Shown here one piece after another: positions 60,685-64,000 of a stretch of DNA of 64,000 nt; within the stretch, counting starts at the first letter, position 1; every line of letters starts with the position of its first letter. The DNA is taken from assembly GCA_963736855.1 (NCBI GenBank), contig CAVTQK010000015.1:608001-672000 (forward strand), written 5' to 3'. Source of the DNA: an uncultured delta proteobacterium. GTDB taxonomy: Bacteria > Desulfobacterota > Desulfobacteria > Desulfobacterales > UBA2156. The notes beneath the pieces were generated by a model that saw nothing but the letters and a program-made list of their open reading frames with translations, had not been told where the DNA came from and searched no databases. The position numbers were made by a program, and so were the translations under genes.

Positions 60685-60839
60685 GGATGGCTTCGTAAAA
60701 AGTCCATCTGCTGCGTTGCACTGCATCCTTCGTTATTGCGGCGTACCCACATGTACGCCTCATTCCTCAGGATTTGCGCGCCTTGCATCTGAAGCTTTTT
60801 ACTTTACCATCCTAATTTTGAGTTTTTACGATTTCATCA
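60685..60839. mobile_element. MITE-like element, copy 4
   Basis: GATGGCTTCGTAAAAAGTCC ... GTTTTTACGATTTCATCA. Confidence 0.82.
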
Positions 60840-61037
60840 AATTGGATATGAAGCGGATAAATTCTTTTTTTTCGGAAAGCCGTATTAGTATGGACCGGCA
60901 GGCCATAGACTTTGAAAAAACAAAAGGTGAATCCGGGACATGGATTTGGGTGTTGATTTTTTAAGCATATCGGTTCAAAGAATAGATTCGGATTTGGATT
61001 CGGATGGTCTTGACTTCTAAGGCATAAAGGAGGGGCT

Positions 61038-63776
61038 GTGACGATGCAAAAGAAGTGGGTATACCTTTTCGACGAACTGGATGAGGTACAGCGTTATGTA
61101 GGAGGCTCCTGGGAGGACATCAAAGGCCTTTTAGGGGGAAAGGGCGCTAACTTAGCGGAGATGGTTAAGCTGGGGATTCCGGTGCCCCCGGGGTTTACCG
61201 TCACCACGGAGGCGTGCAATGCCTATCTCTCCACTGGCGGTACGTTGCCCCAGGGCCTGTGGGATCAGGAACTGGAAGCCCTCCTCAAGATCGAGGAGGC
61301 CGTTGGAAAGACCTTCGGTGACCCGGAGAATCCGTTGCTGGTTTCGTGCCGATCCGGGGCCAAATTTTCCATGCCTGGAATGATGGACACGGTGCTCAAC
61401 ATCGGGCTCAATGATGAGACCGCTACGGGGATGGTGGCCCTCACCGGTGACGCACGATTTGTTTTTGACGCTTACAGGCGTTTGATCCAGATGTTCGGCA
61501 GCGTGGTGATGGGTGTTCCCGATGAGGTCTTCGAAGAGGTCATCACCAAGGCTCGCAGGCACGCCAAGGTTACCACCGATTCCCAACTCACGTCAGAGGA
61601 CTGGCAGACTGTGACAAGGGAATTCAAGGAGGTTTACCGGCATCATACCCACCACGATTTTCCCATAGATCCTTATGTGCAGTTGAAACTGACCACGGAG
61701 GCGGTTTTCAAAAGCTGGAACGGAAAAAGGGCGATTGATTACCGAAACGCGGCAGGGATTCCCCACGATTTAGGTACGGCGGTGAGCATTGTCACCATGG
61801 TTTTCGGAAACATGGGGGAAGACAGCGCCACCGGCGTGGCCATGACCCGGAACGGCTCCACAGGCGAAAAGCAGATCGAGGGAGACTATCTGATTAATGC
61901 CCAGGGGGAGGATGTGGTTGCCGGAATTCGTATGACCAAGGATCTGAAGGAATTAAAGACCGGCATGCCGGAGATCTATGCCGAGTTTGAGCAGATCGTA
62001 CAACGCTTGGAAAGGCACTATCGGGACATGCAGGACGTGGAGTTCACCATCGAAAAGGGGAAACTATGGATGCTCCAGACCCGGGATGGAAAAAGGACCG
62101 CCCAGGCTGCTGTTCGGATTGCGGTGGATATGGCTGAAGAAGGGCTCATCAATCAGGAAGAAGCTGTTCTTAGGGTTTCACCGGAGCAGGTCGATTTTTT
62201 TCTGCACCCCCAGTTCGATCCGAATGCCACCCGCGCTGCCAAGGCCGAAGGAAAATTGTTGGCAAAGGGTCTCAACGTTTCTCCCGGCGCGGCCTGTGGA
62301 ATCGTAGCCTTCGATGCGGACCTGGCCGAGACCTGGGCGAAAAAGAACGGAAAGAACGTCATCATGGTCCGACCGGAAACCAAACCGGATGATGTGCACG
62401 GCATGCTGGCGGCCAAGGGAATCCTCACGAGCCGGGGTGGTAGGACAAGCCATGCGGCCCTGGTGGCCCGCCAGTTCGGAAAACCCGCGGTGGTGGGTGT
62501 GGCAGCCTTGAACATCGATATCGCCAAACGCCGGATGAAAGTCGGAGAGACCGTGGTCCAGGAAGGGGATTGGATATCCATCGACGGGACAAGCGGCAGT
62601 GTGTACCTGGGGACGATTCCGACCACCGTTCCTGACATCAAGGATTCCTGGCTCATTAAGCTGTTATTGTGGGCGGATGGTTTTCGACGCCTGGGGGTTT
62701 GGGCCAATGCCGACTACGCCAGAGATGCCAAGCGCGCCCGGGAGTATGGGGCCGAAGGGATCGGCCTTTGCCGCACCGAGCATATGTTTTTTGAGACCGA
62801 ACGCCTGCCGTTGATCCAGAAGATGATCATGTCCGATAGACACCTGGATCAAAAGGAGGCCCTCGATGCCCTCCTTCCCTTTCAGAAAGAGGATTTTGCC
62901 GACCTGTTTCGGGTCATGGACGGTCTTCCGGTCATCATGCGTCTTCTGGATCCCCCCTTGCATGAATTCCTCCCCAACCATGACGCGTTGCTGCGGGAGC
63001 TGGCGGACTTGAAAATCCGCCTCAAACATGCGGGTAACCTCGCAGAGATTGACGATATGCTCCAAAGCATTCGAATCAAGGAAAGCATGCTGGAGCGGGT
63101 GGAAAGCCTCAGGGAAACCAACCCTATGCTCGGCCTTCGGGGGGTCCGGCTGGGAATCGTCATCCCGGATCTGACGACCATGCAGGTTCGGGCCGTGTTC
63201 GAGGCGGCCTGTCAGGTGGCTAAAGAAGGGGTATCGGTACACCCGGAGATCATGATTCCCCTGACCAGCCACGTCAATGAACTGGCCGACCAGAGAAGGG
63301 TCCTGGAGGCAGAGGGTAAAAGGGTTATGGAAGAGCAGGGCATGTCCATTGATTACAAATTCGGTACTATGATCGAGATACCCAGGGCTGCCCTCACCGC
63401 GGACCAGATGGTCGAGCATGCCCAATTTTTTTCATTCGGGACCAATGACCTGACTCAGACCACATTCGGGATATCCCGGGATGATGCCGAGGCGGGATTC
63501 CTGCTCATCTATCTGGACAGGGGAATCCTTTCGGAAAACCCGTTCACCACCATCGATCGGGAAGGGGTGGGAGAACTCATGCGCATCGCCGTGAAAAAGG
63601 GTCGATCGGTGCTTCCGGATTTGGAATGCGGGATATGCGGGGAGCACGGCGGCGATCCCAAGTCGATCCGTCTTTGCCATGAGCTGGGGCTGACCTATGT
63701 GTCGTGTTCTCCCTTCCGGGTCCCTATCGCCCGGTTGGCCGCCGCTCATGCGGCACTTAAGGATCGGGCTTCCTAG
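61038..63776 (+). CDS. ppdK: Pyruvate, phosphate dikinase
   Basis: LLGGKGANLAEM, SMPGMMDTVLN, GGRTSHAA (phospho-His), GLCRTEHMF, SFGTNDLTQ, GICGEHGG. Confidence 0.97.
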   Translation: MTMQKKWVYLFDELDEVQRYVGGSWEDIKGLLGGKGANLAEMVKLGIPVPPGFTVTTEACNAYLSTGGTLPQGLWDQELEALLKIEEAVGKTFGDPENPLLVSCRSGAKFSMPGMMDTVLNIGLNDETATGMVALTGDARFVFDAYRRLIQMFGSVVMGVPDEVFEEVITKARRHAKVTTDSQLTSEDWQTVTREFKEVYRHHTHHDFPIDPYVQLKLTTEAVFKSWNGKRAIDYRNAAGIPHDLGTAVSIVTMVFGNMGEDSATGVAMTRNGSTGEKQIEGDYLINAQGEDVVAGIRMTKDLKELKTGMPEIYAEFEQIVQRLERHYRDMQDVEFTIEKGKLWMLQTRDGKRTAQAAVRIAVDMAEEGLINQEEAVLRVSPEQVDFFLHPQFDPNATRAAKAEGKLLAKGLNVSPGAACGIVAFDADLAETWAKKNGKNVIMVRPETKPDDVHGMLAAKGILTSRGGRTSHAALVARQFGKPAVVGVAALNIDIAKRRMKVGETVVQEGDWISIDGTSGSVYLGTIPTTVPDIKDSWLIKLLLWADGFRRLGVWANADYARDAKRAREYGAEGIGLCRTEHMFFETERLPLIQKMIMSDRHLDQKEALDALLPFQKEDFADLFRVMDGLPVIMRLLDPPLHEFLPNHDALLRELADLKIRLKHAGNLAEIDDMLQSIRIKESMLERVESLRETNPMLGLRGVRLGIVIPDLTTMQVRAVFEAACQVAKEGVSVHPEIMIPLTSHVNELADQRRVLEAEGKRVMEEQGMSIDYKFGTMIEIPRAALTADQMVEHAQFFSFGTNDLTQTTFGISRDDAEAGFLLIYLDRGILSENPFTTIDREGVGELMRIAVKKGRSVLPDLECGICGEHGGDPKSIRLCHELGLTYVSCSPFRVPIARLAAAHAALKDRAS

Positions 63777-64000
63777 CGATCCTTTTTAAGGTCGTCCTTC
63801 AGTTTCTGATCGAGCTGGGCGAACAGGTCTTTTTGCTTCTGCAACTGTTTCGCCTTGAAAGACTCGAGCTGGGAATCGTAGTTTTTACGCGAAGCCTGAA
63901 ATGCCTCGATGGCGTCTTTTAAGGGTTCCCCGGTTTCTCCTTTCGGGATGGTTTCCAGAAGCTGGTGGTCCTGAACAAACAGGCGGGTGCCGAAGGGGCC
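63773..64000 (-). CDS. 3' end of an unidentified protein running off the window
   Basis: Open frame to a TAG at 63775-63773 overlapping the ppdK stop; coiled-coil-like C-terminus. Confidence 0.5.
   Translation of the reverse strand, partial: GPFGTRLFVQDHQLLETIPKGETGEPLKDAIEAFQASRKNYDSQLESFKAKQLQKQKDLFAQLDQKLKDDLKKDR

Noticed and set aside
60985..61005. Short GATT(C/T)G tandem upstream of ppdK
   Set aside because: Only about three imperfect units; consistent with chance.

Overview
This looks like a chromosomal window from a sulfate-reducer-like bacterium; Desulfobacterales is inferred from gene content and repeat style. 1-7.5 kb holds a cobalamin salvage/late-synthesis cluster (btuF, cobD, cobS, cobU, cobQ, cobO) downstream of rfbC-rfbD. 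7.7-20 kb is mixed: DUF2179-like protein, SGNH hydrolase, MEDS-GAF-PAS hybrid kinase, cupin, cbiZ, lipA, phosphoribosyltransferase, GT2/methyltransferase and a GT-C/TPR protein. 20-56 kb is a large minus-strand Wzx/Wzy-type exopolysaccharide locus interrupted by two accessory arrays: RelE-type TA and AAA-DUF4143 genes at 22-27 kb, and MNT/HEPN pairs at 43-47 kb. 56-64 kb has envelope proteins and ppdK. Four features stand out. (1) The accessory genes sit in cassettes delimited by short 9-bp-period repeats, and the same cassette ends recur with different neighbours, suggesting integron-like shuffling with no integrase in view. (2) A small GIY-YIG gene is enclosed by the same palindromic arms as a family of short hairpin elements that appear to insert without target duplication. 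(3) A ~155-bp MITE family is present, including one variant with a different hairpin interior. (4) The polysaccharide tyrosine kinase carries an inserted DUF4388/MshEN-like module. Many single-base frameshifts are probably sequencing errors.
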